Source: Alphaproteobacteria bacterium UBA830 (lineage in GTDB: Bacteria > Pseudomonadota > Alphaproteobacteria > MPNO01 > UBA830). Taken from it: a DNA stretch of 64,000 nucleotides. This document shows positions 1 to 10,851 of this stretch, in pieces. The stretch spans positions 12,561 to 76,560 of the forward strand of contig DBHK01000003.1 of the NCBI GenBank assembly GCA_002295635.1. The letters are read 5' to 3'. Position numbers and translations under genes: made by a program. The notes under the pieces are model-generated. The model made no database searches. It worked only from the letters and a program-made list of their open reading frames with translations, and was not told the origin of the DNA. Numbering within the stretch: the stretch's first letter is position 1; the number at the start of each line of letters is the position of its first letter.

Positions 1-548
1 GCTAACATCAGGTCCTTCCAGCTTCCGCCGACCGCCGGCAGAAAGACGCTATTGGTGAGTGCTATTGCGATAATGCCGCCGGTGGCGTTACCGGTAAAAT
101 AGATCCCCATGGCGAGGCCGCGTTCTTTACCAGTAAACCAAAGGCTGACCACTTTAGGGGCTCCGGACGATATCAGTGGTCCGCCCAGCCCGAACACCAT
201 TACCGCTAAAAGCAGCGTAACGTAGTCCGACGCCACACCGCGCAAAGCTACTGAAACGGATATAACCAGTGCCGACGCAAACATCATGCGGCGGGGACCG
301 AAACGGTCCAGCAGGCTGCCGCATGGAACGGAACAGAAAATATATGTCAGTTGCCACGCGGCCAGAACTGTCCCCATTTCGCCACGGTGCATGCCAAGGT
401 CAGCCATAATCTTGTACACCAATGGCGCCATCGATGCGATCGCCAACGCGAAACCAAAATATAAAAGCCAGACACCTACTAGCATAGTCCAGCGATACGG
501 ATGCGGAGGACTATCCGCAAAACTGTGAGGGCGGTCAGTAGCTAGCAT
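1..548 (-). CDS. MFS transporter, N-terminal portion; the gene continues beyond the window start
   Basis: Translating the minus strand from the ATG at 546-548 to the window edge gives an uninterrupted protein with several hydrophobic helices. It contains an MFS motif-A-like segment, GSLLDRFGPRRMM. The ORF track missed it because there is no in-window stop. Confidence 0.6.
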   Translation of the reverse strand, partial: MLATDRPHSFADSPPHPYRWTMLVGVWLLYFGFALAIASMAPLVYKIMADLGMHRGEMGTVLAAWQLTYIFCSVPCGSLLDRFGPRRMMFASALVISVSVALRGVASDYVTLLLAVMVFGLGGPLISSGAPKVVSLWFTGKERGLAMGIYFTGNATGGIIAIALTNSVFLPAVGGSWKDLML

Positions 549-604
549 CATTACTTACATTTCTGGGGGTGTAGATCTGCAGCTAAATGACGAAGGATGG
601 TTCT

Positions 605-2296
605 TCAGAACAACCCCTCTATCAAACCACCGTTGCCGAGGCGTATGGAATTCGCTGCTGGAACCCGGGGCAGGCCCGGCATAGTCATGATGCTACCGCA
701 AATAGAAACAACGAATTCAGCCCCGGCGGCCAGACGCACCTCCCGCACCGGGATGACGTGACCGGATGGTGCGCCCATAATCTTGGGGTCGGTTGAAAAA
801 CTGTATTGCGTCTTAGCCATACAGACGGGTAAGTGACCGTATCCTTCCTTTTCCCAGCGCTTGAGCTGATCCTGTATACTGTTGTCAGCAATTGCCTCTG
901 ACGCTCCGTAGATTTTCTTTGCGACTGTATTAATCTTGTCGAAAAGCGCCATTTCATCCGGGTATAACGGTGTAAAGGAGGAAGCACCGTTATCAGCAAT
1001 TTGTGCAACCTTATGCGCAAGGTCTTCTGTCCCCGCGGATCCATCCGACCAATGGGTGCATCTAACAACCTCGGCCCCCACTTCTCCGGCCGCATCCACG
1101 ACGGCGTCAATCTCCGATTCGCTGTCGCCTAAAAACTGGTTGAGTGCGACGATCGGCGGCACACCAAATTTTTTAACATTGTCGATATGGCGTTTCAGGT
1201 TTTTGATGCCTTTATAAACGGCCCTGACATTTTCTGCATTGAGTTCATCTCGAGCGACGCCACCATGCATTTTCAATGCCCTGATGGTAGAGACAATCAC
1301 AGCTGCGTCAGGCTTAAGTCCGGTTTTTCGGCACTTGATATCGAAGAACTTTTCTGCGCCGAGATCGGCTCCGAAGCCTGCCTCGGTTACAACATAATCC
1401 GAAAGGCGAAGTGCGGCCTCGGTTGCCATTACAGTATTACATCCGTGGGCAATGTTGGCAAAGGGTCCACCATGGACAAAGGCGGGATTGTTCTCCAGTG
1501 TCTGTACGAGGTTCGGCATCAGCGCGTCTTTGAGAAGAACTGCCATAGCACCATCCGCTTGCAGATCTTTGGCGCTGACAGGCTGGCGTTCTCGCGTTTG
1601 CCCGATCACTATATTACCGAGCCTAGTTTCAAGGTCAGGCAATGAATCCGCGAGGCAAAATATGGCCATGATTTCCGACGCAACTGTTATATCGAATCCC
1701 GTTTCGCGCGCGAATCCGTTGGTAACCCCACCGAGCCCGACCGTAATCTCACGTAGCGCTCGATCATTGATGTCTAGGGCTCTCCGCCACGAAATCCTCC
1801 GGGAGTCTAACTTCTGATCGTTGCCCCAAAACAGATGGTTATCGATCATTGCTGAGAGAAGGTTGTGGGCTGCACCGATGGCATGCATGTCGCCTGTGAA
1901 ATGTAGGTTTATGTCTTCCATTGGAACCACCTGTGCGTATCCCCCGCCGGCGGCGCCGCCTTTCATGCCGAAGCATGGGCCTAGTGACGGTTCACGGACA
2001 CATATTGCCGCCTTTTTACCGATCCGATTTAGACCGTCTCCTAGTCCCACGGTGGTGGTGGTCTTTCCCTCTCCCGCGGGAGTCGGGGTGATTGCGGTAA
2101 CAAGGATAAGCTTACCGCGGGGACGGCCCGCGATTTCGTCTAGAAAGCCATAATTTATCTTAGCCTTGTTCGAACCATATGGGTGTAGCGCTTCAGCAGG
2201 AATATCAAGCTTTGCACCGATGTCACTAATAGGAAGTTGCGTCGCGGCTCGCGCGATTTCTATATCTGTGCCCTGATTGGCCATATTAGGGTCCAT
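605..2296 (-). CDS. fhs: Formate--tetrahydrofolate ligase
   Basis: The 563-aa protein has a P-loop-like [12 protein letters not shown] segment. Its length and N-terminus (...DIEIAR...) are typical of FTHFS. Confidence 0.93.
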   Translation of the reverse strand: MDPNMANQGTDIEIARAATQLPISDIGAKLDIPAEALHPYGSNKAKINYGFLDEIAGRPRGKLILVTAITPTPAGEGKTTTTVGLGDGLNRIGKKAAICVREPSLGPCFGMKGGAAGGGYAQVVPMEDINLHFTGDMHAIGAAHNLLSAMIDNHLFWGNDQKLDSRRISWRRALDINDRALREITVGLGGVTNGFARETGFDITVASEIMAIFCLADSLPDLETRLGNIVIGQTRERQPVSAKDLQADGAMAVLLKDALMPNLVQTLENNPAFVHGGPFANIAHGCNTVMATEAALRLSDYVVTEAGFGADLGAEKFFDIKCRKTGLKPDAAVIVSTIRALKMHGGVARDELNAENVRAVYKGIKNLKRHIDNVKKFGVPPIVALNQFLGDSESEIDAVVDAAGEVGAEVVRCTHWSDGSAGTEDLAHKVAQIADNGASSFTPLYPDEMALFDKINTVAKKIYGASEAIADNSIQDQLKRWEKEGYGHLPVCMAKTQYSFSTDPKIMGAPSGHVIPVREVRLAAGAEFVVSICGSIMTMPGLPRVPAANSIRLGNGGLIEGLF

Positions 2297-2599
2297 TTTT
2301 GAAAAAAAGACCTCCGAAGTTAGGTCGGAAATATCGGAATCATCAACCTTATTTCCCCAAATTCCTGTCTTTAATTAGAAGATAATTACCTCCGGTTCGG
2401 ATACGCTGACCTTCCTATACCTTGTGCCCCCAAGTCCGGATGGCGGTGGCGAGGCTCGTACGACCCTCGTCGGCAACGAAAATATCTAACATAACAATTG
2501 TCACTTATTTTGTCCCACAATCTCAAAACGTACCCTAAACTGTGTGACTTATTGGCGGCGAGCCGATAACTTCACCCCAGTTATGAATATACATTATCA

Positions 2600-4945
2600 A
2601 TGATCCTCAATAATCGTACATCCCTTACCGTCGCTGTGACCGCAGTCTTAATCGTAATGGCTGCTTTCTCGCAAGCGGCATTCGGGCAGACGCCTGCACT
2701 GTCCAATGTTCAACAGCCCCAAGGCGAGATAGAGAGTCAATCCAACGAGAAAGACTTGGCACTGGAAAAGGCTGGGCTGAATCGGGCAGATTTGGATGGC
2801 CTAATTGGAACACTAGAAGACCCCAAAGCGCGATTTAGGCTCATAAACCAGTTAAAAACGCTTAGGGCTGGCTCAGTTGCTGAGGGGCGGGGAGAGAAGC
2901 CCAATAGGTTTGGCGGCCAAATTGTAGAGAAACTGTCCGATCGTATTGACCAAATAAGCGAGGAACTTGTCGGCGGCGTGGCCATGGTACTGGATGCTCC
3001 CCGGCTGTTTGATTGGGCACAACGACAGGTATCGAATTCTGAGAATCGGCTTGTCTGGGTTGAGGCCCTTTGGAAGATTTTAGCGGTTCTTGCCGCTGGC
3101 TTGGTCGTGGAATGGGCGGTTCGACTTCTGCTAGTACGTACTCGTAAAATAATTGAGGGGCAGGAAAGCGAGTCTATATGGATGCGCCTGCCATTTCTTT
3201 TAGCTCGAACGCTCACAGATATAGTCCCGCTCGCCGCGTTCGCCGGTGTGGCATATTCGGTTCTGTCGCTGCTTCATCCCGGCGAAAATATTCGTCTTGT
3301 GGCAATATCGCTAATCAACGCTAGTGTCCTTGCCCGTGTGATCATGGCCGCGGCAAGAATGTTTTTTGTGCCGCGCTCAACCAATTTACGCGTTCTTAAT
3401 GTTGGCGATGAAACAGCCAACTATATCGTGCTGTGGGTCCGCCGTCTGACTAACATTACCGTCTATGGTTATTTTCTTGCCGAGACCGCTTTTCTCTTGG
3501 GCCTACAGCAGGGTGGATATCTCGCATTAACCAAGATAATTGGGCTCCTAACTGGATTTTTACTGATCATTTTCATCCTTCAGAATCGCCGCGTCGTCGC
3601 TAATTGGGTGAGTGGCCCCGCTTCTACCGAATTTGCCGGCTTAGGAATTCTTCGCCGACGGCTTGGTGATATTTGGCACGTGCTTGCAGTGATCTATGTT
3701 GGCGCGGTTTACATCGTTTGGGCTCTAGAAGTATCAGGCGGGTTCGATTTTGTATTTCGGGCGACCGCGATCAGCATCGTGGTTCTTTTTGTCGCCAAGA
3801 TACTCATTATGGGATCCCAGCATGCGGTCAATAGAGGTTTTGGGGTGCGCAAAGAATCCATCGCTCACTACCCTGGGCTTGCCCAACGCGCTAACCGCTA
3901 TTTTAGCATTTTACATGTTGTAATAACTGGAATAATTGCATTAGTAGCCGTCCTCTCAATCTTGGAAGCTTGGGGGGTCGACTCCTTCGGATGGATTGGA
4001 ACCGATATTGGCCGCCGTCTGGTTGGTAGCGTCGTATCCAGCCTGTTTGTGATAATCGCCGCAGTCGTATTCTGGGAGATGGTATCTTCGATCATTGAAC
4101 GCTACCTAGCTCGTGGCGAAGAGGGCGGGGTGGAACTAAGTGCGCGCGCCAAAACGCTGTTGCCTCTGTTGCGCAAGGTGCTTTTAGTGACTGTGTCGAC
4201 CGTTGTCGGTTTAATCGTATTGTCTGAGATTGGCGTGAATATTGGGCCGCTACTTGCTGGGGCGGGAGTAATCGGCCTTGCGATCGGTTTTGGTTCTCAG
4301 ACTTTAGTAAAAGATGTAATTACCGGTGTGTTCATTCTTGCAGAGGACCAGTTCGCAGTCGGAGATGTCGTGCGAGTAAACGACAAGGCCGGATTGGTTG
4401 AGGAAATTACCATTAGGACGATTCGTCTCCGCGATTTGGCCGGTAACGTTCATATGATTCCCTTCAGCTCGGTAGAAATGGTTGAGAATATGACCAAAGA
4501 TTTCTCCCGGTATATTCTGGATGTTGGTATTGCATATCACGAGAGCGTCGATGAAGTTATCGAAGTGTTGCGCGATCTAGGGTCAGAGATGCAAGAGGAT
4601 GAGTACTATGGAACTCTAATCATTCAACCGATCGAGATTATGGGGCTCGACCAATTTGCGGACTCCGCCGTGATAATACGTGCAAGGCTTACGACAAAAC
4701 CGATAAAACAGTGGGAGGTTGGCCGTGAGTTCAACCGTCGAATGAAGCGGAAATTCGATGAGCTGGGCATTGAGATACCATTTCCGCATCAGACAATCTT
4801 TTTCGGAGAGGACAAGCCTGAAGCAACTCCAGACGCGTACATCGGGACAGGAGATAGAAAAGTCAAAATCAAAGAACCGGTGAGACCATCCATGCCCCCC
4901 GCGCGTACTGACAACGTGGATAATGTTTCTGATGATGGTGAATAA
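2600..4945 (+). CDS. Large mechanosensitive ion channel, MscS family (MscK/YjeP-like)
   Basis: The 781-aa protein has a signal peptide, many TM helices and a C-terminal MscS channel core (GPLLAGAGVIGLAIGFGSQTLVKDVITG...). Confidence 0.85.
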   Translation: MILNNRTSLTVAVTAVLIVMAAFSQAAFGQTPALSNVQQPQGEIESQSNEKDLALEKAGLNRADLDGLIGTLEDPKARFRLINQLKTLRAGSVAEGRGEKPNRFGGQIVEKLSDRIDQISEELVGGVAMVLDAPRLFDWAQRQVSNSENRLVWVEALWKILAVLAAGLVVEWAVRLLLVRTRKIIEGQESESIWMRLPFLLARTLTDIVPLAAFAGVAYSVLSLLHPGENIRLVAISLINASVLARVIMAAARMFFVPRSTNLRVLNVGDETANYIVLWVRRLTNITVYGYFLAETAFLLGLQQGGYLALTKIIGLLTGFLLIIFILQNRRVVANWVSGPASTEFAGLGILRRRLGDIWHVLAVIYVGAVYIVWALEVSGGFDFVFRATAISIVVLFVAKILIMGSQHAVNRGFGVRKESIAHYPGLAQRANRYFSILHVVITGIIALVAVLSILEAWGVDSFGWIGTDIGRRLVGSVVSSLFVIIAAVVFWEMVSSIIERYLARGEEGGVELSARAKTLLPLLRKVLLVTVSTVVGLIVLSEIGVNIGPLLAGAGVIGLAIGFGSQTLVKDVITGVFILAEDQFAVGDVVRVNDKAGLVEEITIRTIRLRDLAGNVHMIPFSSVEMVENMTKDFSRYILDVGIAYHESVDEVIEVLRDLGSEMQEDEYYGTLIIQPIEIMGLDQFADSAVIIRARLTTKPIKQWEVGREFNRRMKRKFDELGIEIPFPHQTIFFGEDKPEATPDAYIGTGDRKVKIKEPVRPSMPPARTDNVDNVSDDGE

Positions 4946-4951
4946 GCCCCG

Positions 4952-5743
4952 ATGACTCCACCCTCCCGAAAAATCGGGCACGTCAATTGGGTAGGTCTCA
5001 AAACACATTATTGGAAAGAGGTGCAGAGGTTCTGGAAAGTCTCTTTCCAGACCCTAATGGCGCCAATGGTAACAACATTGCTTTTTCTGGCTGTTTTTAC
5101 TCTGGCGTTGGGGCGGGCAGTTGAGACTGTGAAAGGAGTGCCTTTCGAAGTATTTCTTGCCCCTGGTTTAATCGTATTTGCAATCATACAGAATTCTTTC
5201 GCTAACACTTCTTCATCAATGTTGATCCTAAAAATACAGGGTAGCATCGTCGATCTGCTGATGCCGCCGCTGACAGCAGGCGAACTGGTGCTTGGATTTA
5301 TAGCAGGGAGCATGACGCGTGGTGTGATTGTTGGGGTGCTAGTTGGTGCTGTTATGTGGTTCACCACTGATCTCCAGATAGTCAATCCATGGCTCGTCCT
5401 ATTTTATGGAATATCGGCGTCAATGATGCTATCGCTGATTGGCCTGATCACAGCAATTTGGGCTGACAAGTACGACAACGTTGCATCAATTACTAATTTT
5501 GTAATAACGCCGCTATCGTTTCTATCTGGGACATTCTATTCAATCGAGCGGCTGCCTAGTTTGTGGCATAGCGTCGCGCAGTTCAATCCGTTCTTTTACA
5601 TGATTGACGGTTTTCGCGCTGGCTTTATCGGAATTTCCGATGCACCTATATGGACGGGGATTGTATTGATCACTTCGCTCAATGTGGTCATGTGGATCAT
5701 CTGTCATCAGATGTTCGCGTACGGTTACAAGCTCAAGGAATAG
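4952..5743 (+). CDS. ABC-2 type transporter permease (YadH/NodJ-like)
   Basis: The 263-aa protein has 6 predicted TM helices and an ABC-2 permease pattern. It starts 7 bp after the MscS stop, and no ATPase gene is adjacent. Confidence 0.75.
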   Translation: MTPPSRKIGHVNWVGLKTHYWKEVQRFWKVSFQTLMAPMVTTLLFLAVFTLALGRAVETVKGVPFEVFLAPGLIVFAIIQNSFANTSSSMLILKIQGSIVDLLMPPLTAGELVLGFIAGSMTRGVIVGVLVGAVMWFTTDLQIVNPWLVLFYGISASMMLSLIGLITAIWADKYDNVASITNFVITPLSFLSGTFYSIERLPSLWHSVAQFNPFFYMIDGFRAGFIGISDAPIWTGIVLITSLNVVMWIICHQMFAYGYKLKE

Positions 5744-5813
5744 ATGGGATCCGGGTTGTTAAAATACTTGCTCGAAAATCCTGGCCAGGACAAATCAATG
5801 TTTCTTTATCGAA

Positions 5814-6257
5814 CTAAGCGCGTCTCCATTGTACCCAAGATTCGACACGTGCCCCGTCGGGCCATTTGCGCGATAGCATAAGTTTCATCTTACCGTCCGG
5901 CAGGAGTGCAACCCTTCGCTTCTGCTCGCCGCCCACCCATCCAGGGTTCAATGCGAACTCGACTTTGGTGATGAAAAACTCACCTTCGAGCCGCCACTGT
6001 CCACCATAGGAAATATAGGTATCGTAGGCTTTAAGCCTGTCGCTCTCTGGCGCGTCTGTGTGCCAAACGGGATCGCCGGTCAACGGCGGTCGGCCACCGT
6101 GGCATAGAGATGCGTTCATCCACCCATCGGGCGAAATTATAACCATTCCCTGAGGGCTAACTCCATAGCGCTCAAGAGAGAGTTTTACATCTGCGGGTTG
6201 GCTGTTCCCGCGGGTGACTAGCAACCAAGTGCCGACAATATCCTGTTTATTAACCAT
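5814..6257 (-). CDS. Lipocalin-like domain protein (hypothetical)
   Basis: The ORF extends to 6338. An internal Met gives MVNKQDIVGTWLLVTRG, which matches the lipocalin-like (DUF1579-type) N-terminus, so the start is probably at 6257. Confidence 0.5.
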   Translation of the reverse strand: MVNKQDIVGTWLLVTRGNSQPADVKLSLERYGVSPQGMVIISPDGWMNASLCHGGRPPLTGDPVWHTDAPESDRLKAYDTYISYGGQWRLEGEFFITKVEFALNPGWVGGEQKRRVALLPDGKMKLMLSRKWPDGARVESWVQWRRA

Positions 6258-6386
6258 TATATTGTCCCATCTAAAATCCAAGTTTTGCCCACCACCTGCC
6301 AGTACCGATAGACAACTCCCGATGAAAGTAGACCTCACCGTATCGGCTATAATATTGCTGAAGTCCAGTAGGTCCTTAGGGTGGGT

Positions 6387-6758
6387 TTACTCCGCCGCAT
6401 CCAAAATGTGTTGGGGCGTAGAAGAAACTACTTCCCCATATTTTGGAGTGAACGCGCCCTTATCCAAATCCTCGATAAACATTACGAATTCCGGCGCTAT
6501 ATCTTTCAATTCAATAAGAATTTTTTGGTGCTCCTCCACGCTTGCCCATTCACCTATCAGCCAAAAATGGTCCTCGTCCTCAGTGTCACGAAGCATAACT
6601 CCATCTTTAACCTGGAAGGGTGATTTATGCATCGGGTTGTTGTCGGAGTAGTCGAATTCTTCGAATTTTCTGAGGAATTTTTCCCCTGAGCCGGACTTCA
6701 CTCGAAAATCATATATGTGAAAAAAGTTACCTTTAGCGGCAAGCGGTATGAGCGCCAT
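6387..6758 (-). CDS. Small ABM/Dabb-like (ferredoxin-fold) hypothetical protein
   Basis: The 123-aa ORF sits in the same orientation between the Rieske beta subunit and the lipocalin-like gene. Its FWLIGEWASVEEHQK region resembles antibiotic-biosynthesis-monooxygenase domains. Confidence 0.45.
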   Translation of the reverse strand: MALIPLAAKGNFFHIYDFRVKSGSGEKFLRKFEEFDYSDNNPMHKSPFQVKDGVMLRDTEDEDHFWLIGEWASVEEHQKILIELKDIAPEFVMFIEDLDKGAFTPKYGEVVSSTPQHILDAAE

Positions 6759-6797
6759 GACCTATTCCTCCTTGGGCTGGACCTCGAGTTTCACTGA

Positions 6798-7292
6798 CTA
6801 CACCGGAAATACAAGACAGTTGTCGATCATTACACTGTCATAGGTGCAGATGCGTTCCTTCAAAAGTAGTTTATTACCCTCCCGAACGAAAACGTCGCGA
6901 TACTTGCCGACTTGCTGTATCCGGCTCGGTTCTTCCACCAGTGTCTCTATCAGAATGTAGTTTGCGGTCGCTTGGATCTCGTCTTTTTTGATCGATAGTG
7001 CGCGGGTATTGGTGATCGATAGGTGTAGGTATCGCGGAGCAAACATCTCCGTATTTAGCAATGCATAGGCACGGTCCTTCATCATCGCCTTACCTTCACA
7101 ATAGATAAGACCGAGTGGTAATGCTGACTCCGCATTGTCGCGTGCTATAACGTGATAGAAGGCATCGTCCGTGAAATAGTCGACCCATCCGTCCACGTCC
7201 ATCGCGTCAAGCGTTTCCGCATAGGCGTAGTTGAAATCTTCGATTTCTCGTCGAGCTTCGTATAAAGCGGTCGTTTGTTCTTCAGTCTCCAT
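6798..7292 (-). CDS. Aromatic ring-hydroxylating dioxygenase beta subunit (SnoaL/NTF2-like)
   Basis: The 164-aa protein lies 5 bp downstream of the Rieske alpha subunit. Its size and sequence are typical of a small-subunit fold. Confidence 0.75.
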   Translation of the reverse strand: METEEQTTALYEARREIEDFNYAYAETLDAMDVDGWVDYFTDDAFYHVIARDNAESALPLGLIYCEGKAMMKDRAYALLNTEMFAPRYLHLSITNTRALSIKKDEIQATANYILIETLVEEPSRIQQVGKYRDVFVREGNKLLLKERICTYDSVMIDNCLVFPV

Positions 7293-7297
7293 AGTTA

Positions 7298-8569
7298 TTA
7301 TGAAAACCCCATAACGTCGCGGTAATAGCGGTACATTCCACGAATTGACCGCTCGGTGATGATAGTATCGGTCGGCTCGTCATCTTCGCCCAGAACGGCG
7401 AGACCCTCACGCGGCATTGCTTTGCGTATCCCGTCCTGCAGGAATTTCAAAGCTTCGTTATCTTCAATACCCAAAAACCCGGCAGGGCCGAATATATTAT
7501 TTTGGCGAAGTCGGTGGCGGGTCATTTCGTCGTCGTCATCCGCGCGGCCGAACACGGCCCACAGCATCATGAATTCATTTGGGCCACGCGGCACAAGAAG
7601 TCGGGTATTTAGGATGTTGGTTTGACGCAGTGCTGTTAGAGTCGGAAAAATCGTCAGGACAGAGCCCGACCACTTCGAATCTGCTTCCTGGTAAAATGTC
7701 AACACCCGGGGGTCATTCAGTTCCATAGTTTTCTTAAACGCTTGCATGCTGGCCTGGTCTTCTTTCGATACATTTGGGCGACCGTCGGGCCGTCGTGACA
7801 AAAGACCGCCATGGCGGCCGTGTTTGTCAGTCGGAATATTGGATTCATTTGAGGAAACGAAGAGCCCAAAAGTTGTCAGGTATGTATGCAACAACGTGGC
7901 GTGATAAGGATCTTTGAGATTTTCTTGGTAAAGCTTCCAATTACTCGAGAGAATATTGCGGTGAATGCCCAAGAGTTTAAATTCGGTGCCATCAAATGTT
8001 GCATCGAATTCCGCGCAAATCTCTGGGCCAAGATAATCCTCGATTGACTCCATGTCGTTACAGGCGGTTGCGAATATCACTCCGCCACGGGTCGAAACGT
8101 GGAAGCGCCTCAACCCAAACTCCGCCATATTAAAATCTTTTGGCACACCCCCTTTTCCTTTTACCCCACGCCGGAATGGTACGGCGGTCAGGTCGCCCTT
8201 CAGATTATACGTCCAGTTATGGTAGGGGCAGATGAAACTATCCGCTTTACCCCGGTATTCTCGGCAAAATTCCACTCCGCGATGTGCGCATCGGTTCTCA
8301 AATACGTGCAATTCTCCGTCCAAGTCACGCGTAAGAATTACTGGAAAAGGACCCACATACGACCTGATATAATTCCCAGCTTTGGGAACCTCGCAATCGA
8401 GTCCGACATAATTCCAGTGGCGGCCCAGAAAAATTTTTTCGATTTCACGTTCGTATACGTCCCGATCAGTATAAATCCAGTCCGGAATACGCGTTCCGTC
8501 CGCGGGCCATATGCGGTCAGAGCCGTTGGGGCAGTAGGTGTCCCTGATCAACCTATTGTCGCCGTCCAT
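7298..8569 (-). CDS. Rieske non-heme iron ring-hydroxylating oxygenase alpha subunit
   Basis: It has the Rieske motif CAHRGVEFC...CPYHNWTY. The ORF extends to 8629, but the Met at 8569 is preceded by a GGGGGAGAAG Shine-Dalgarno sequence. Confidence 0.85.
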   Translation of the reverse strand: MDGDNRLIRDTYCPNGSDRIWPADGTRIPDWIYTDRDVYEREIEKIFLGRHWNYVGLDCEVPKAGNYIRSYVGPFPVILTRDLDGELHVFENRCAHRGVEFCREYRGKADSFICPYHNWTYNLKGDLTAVPFRRGVKGKGGVPKDFNMAEFGLRRFHVSTRGGVIFATACNDMESIEDYLGPEICAEFDATFDGTEFKLLGIHRNILSSNWKLYQENLKDPYHATLLHTYLTTFGLFVSSNESNIPTDKHGRHGGLLSRRPDGRPNVSKEDQASMQAFKKTMELNDPRVLTFYQEADSKWSGSVLTIFPTLTALRQTNILNTRLLVPRGPNEFMMLWAVFGRADDDDEMTRHRLRQNNIFGPAGFLGIEDNEALKFLQDGIRKAMPREGLAVLGEDDEPTDTIITERSIRGMYRYYRDVMGFS

Positions 8570-8775
8570 TGCTTCTTCTCCCCCCAAAGGATGCTTGCTG
8601 ATTATTCCGGACGACCGCCCCTCTATCAAGGGTATTCTGAGGCCATGAATCCAAGCAAACCGCCGTTGACAGCGTAGGCCGACCTCAACATACTTCCGCT
8701 CTTTTTGCGGCCTAGAAATGGGCCTATTGGATTTGGGTGTATTTCCGCATGAGAATACCGGTGAACCAGTCAGTC

Positions 8776-9933
8776 ATGCCATCCTATGGCCGCACTGATA
8801 TCGCCTTTGAAAAGGGAGAAGGTGCGTACTTGTACACTTCTGACGGGCGAAAATTTCTCGACTTCGGAGCTGGTATTGCGGTCACCGCACTCGGGCACGC
8901 ACATCCGTATCTCGTACAGGTTTTAACAGATCAGGCCAGTTGCCTCTGGCATACGTCGAACCTCTATCAAATTCCCCAGCAGCAAAAATTGGCCGAAAGG
9001 CTGGTTGAAACCTCGTTCGCCGACACCGTATTTTTCTGTAACTCAGGAGCGGAGTCTGTAGAAGCGTCAATCAAGCTGATGCGCAAGTACCATAGCGACA
9101 ATGGTGATTCTGAACGTTATCGGATGATTTGTTTCGACGGAAGCTTTCATGGCCGGACGTTAGCTACCATCGCCGCCGGCGCCAACGAAGCTCATAGAGC
9201 TGGCTTCGGTCCTGTTGTCGACGGTTTTGACCATGTTGCGTTTGGCGATATTGACGAAGTTCGCGCCGCTGTGACTGATAAAACAGCGGGTATTATGATC
9301 GAGCCTATCCAGGGAGAAGGTGGTATCCGGCCTGCGGATAAAAATTTTCTCAGGAGGCTGCGTTCTTTGTGTGACGAAACAGGTCTGCTACTTATGTTTG
9401 ATGAGGTGCAGACAGGCATCGGACGTACTGGCAAGCTATGGGCACACGAATGGTCGGGTGTTGCGCCCGATGTAATGTCGTCGGCTAAGGCGCTGGGTGG
9501 TGGGTTCCCCATCGGGGCATGCTTGGCAACAGCCGAGGCGTCGAAGGGCATTATGCCGGGAACACACGGGAGTACTTTTGGCGGAAATCCGTTGGCGGCC
9601 GCGTGCGCAAATGCGGTACTCGATATTGTCCTTGGAGCAAACTTTCTTGATCATGTTATGGAGATGGGGGATCTTATCGAGGCAGGGCTTAGAGACCTAG
9701 TATCTCGGTATCCCGACGTAATCGAGGGCGCGCGCGGTGTGGGTCTGATGTGGGGAATAAAATGCGTTGTGTCCAATAGCGAGCTTGTAGCAAAGGCTTT
9801 TGATCATGGGCTCCTGACGGTACCAGCAGGCGATAACGTCGTACGGTTTCTGCCACCCCTGATAGTCAACAAACTGGAGATCAACGAGGCGCTGAAAGTG
9901 ATAGAAACATGCGTACAAGATTTTGAGTCATGA
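8776..9933 (+). CDS. argD: Acetylornithine aminotransferase (class III PLP aminotransferase)
   Basis: The N-terminus [36 protein letters not shown] is ArgD-like. The gene lies upstream of argF, which is the conserved alphaproteobacterial synteny. Confidence 0.88.
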   Translation: MPSYGRTDIAFEKGEGAYLYTSDGRKFLDFGAGIAVTALGHAHPYLVQVLTDQASCLWHTSNLYQIPQQQKLAERLVETSFADTVFFCNSGAESVEASIKLMRKYHSDNGDSERYRMICFDGSFHGRTLATIAAGANEAHRAGFGPVVDGFDHVAFGDIDEVRAAVTDKTAGIMIEPIQGEGGIRPADKNFLRRLRSLCDETGLLLMFDEVQTGIGRTGKLWAHEWSGVAPDVMSSAKALGGGFPIGACLATAEASKGIMPGTHGSTFGGNPLAAACANAVLDIVLGANFLDHVMEMGDLIEAGLRDLVSRYPDVIEGARGVGLMWGIKCVVSNSELVAKAFDHGLLTVPAGDNVVRFLPPLIVNKLEINEALKVIETCVQDFES

Positions 9934-10844
9934 AAACCGAGCCTAGGCATTTTCTTGAATTAAAGGAAATTTCTTCTACGGAATTGCGGCGAATCGTTGA
10001 TACCGCTGCATCGTTCAAACGCGGCGATAACTTCAATGGTATCTCGCAGCCCCTCAAGGACAGGGCACTCGCCATGATTTTCGAGAAACCATCAACGCGT
10101 ACCCGCGTGTCTTTCGAAGTCGCGATGAAACAGCTTGGTGGTGCTGTCGTCGTGCTGACGCCAGATGAAATGCAAATCGGCCGGGGCGAAACTATTGCCG
10201 ACACAGCGCGCGTACTCTCCCGCTATGTCGATGTGATTATGATGAGGACATCCGAAAATAAAAAATTGGTCGAGCTAGCTACGCACGCAGAGATACCCGT
10301 AATCAACGGACTGACAGATCATTCACATCCCTGTCAGCTGATTGCCGACATAATGACTTTTGAGGAGCATAGAGGTGGTATCGCCGGTAAACGGATCGCA
10401 TGGTGTGGTGACGGTAACAATATGTCGCGTAGCTGGATCGAGGCGGCGGCGCGTTTCGAGTTTGAGTTACGCCTCGCCTGTCCACCTGAGTTAGCACCGC
10501 CGCTGGATGCTATCGACTGGGCGAAAGCTGAAGGTGCGATAATTTGTTCGACAACCGATCCTTATGAAGCGGTAAAGGGTGTCGACTGTGTAGTTACCGA
10601 TACTTGGGTTTCGATGGGCGATACCGAGGCCGAGAGGCGTCACAACCTTCTGACACCTTACAAGGTAGATCGTCGACTGATGGACTGTGCGGCGAGAGAT
10701 GCGATTTTCATGCATTGCTTACCAGCTCATCGAGAAGAGGAGGTGGCGGCGGAGATTCTTGATGGGCCGCAATCCGTGATCTGGGATGAGGTTGAAAATC
10801 GTCTTCATGCACAGAAAGGCATCCTCGCTTGGTGCCTGTCGTGA
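9930..10844 (+). CDS. argF: Ornithine carbamoyltransferase
   Basis: It has the STRTRVSFE carbamoyl-phosphate binding motif plus HPCQ and HCLPA motifs. Its start overlaps the argD stop by 4 bp. Confidence 0.92.
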   Translation: MKTEPRHFLELKEISSTELRRIVDTAASFKRGDNFNGISQPLKDRALAMIFEKPSTRTRVSFEVAMKQLGGAVVVLTPDEMQIGRGETIADTARVLSRYVDVIMMRTSENKKLVELATHAEIPVINGLTDHSHPCQLIADIMTFEEHRGGIAGKRIAWCGDGNNMSRSWIEAAARFEFELRLACPPELAPPLDAIDWAKAEGAIICSTTDPYEAVKGVDCVVTDTWVSMGDTEAERRHNLLTPYKVDRRLMDCAARDAIFMHCLPAHREEEVAAEILDGPQSVIWDEVENRLHAQKGILAWCLS

Positions 10845-10851
10845 TCGTTTA

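Noticed and set aside
685-2153. ORFs 685-1110(-), 936-1217(+), 1187-1645(+), 1452-1817(+) and 1821-2153(+) inside or antisense to fhs
   Set aside because: They are fully embedded in a well-supported 563-aa fhs gene and have low-complexity, Arg/Ser-rich translations typical of off-frame ORFs in GC-rich coding DNA.
2400-2480. Possible ZTP (pfl) riboswitch in the fhs leader, because of a GGGUCGU element
   Set aside because: The downstream sequence does not contain the conserved UGACUGGCG / CCACCGGG / CCGCCUGGGC elements or a matching pseudoknot arrangement, so the match is probably by chance.
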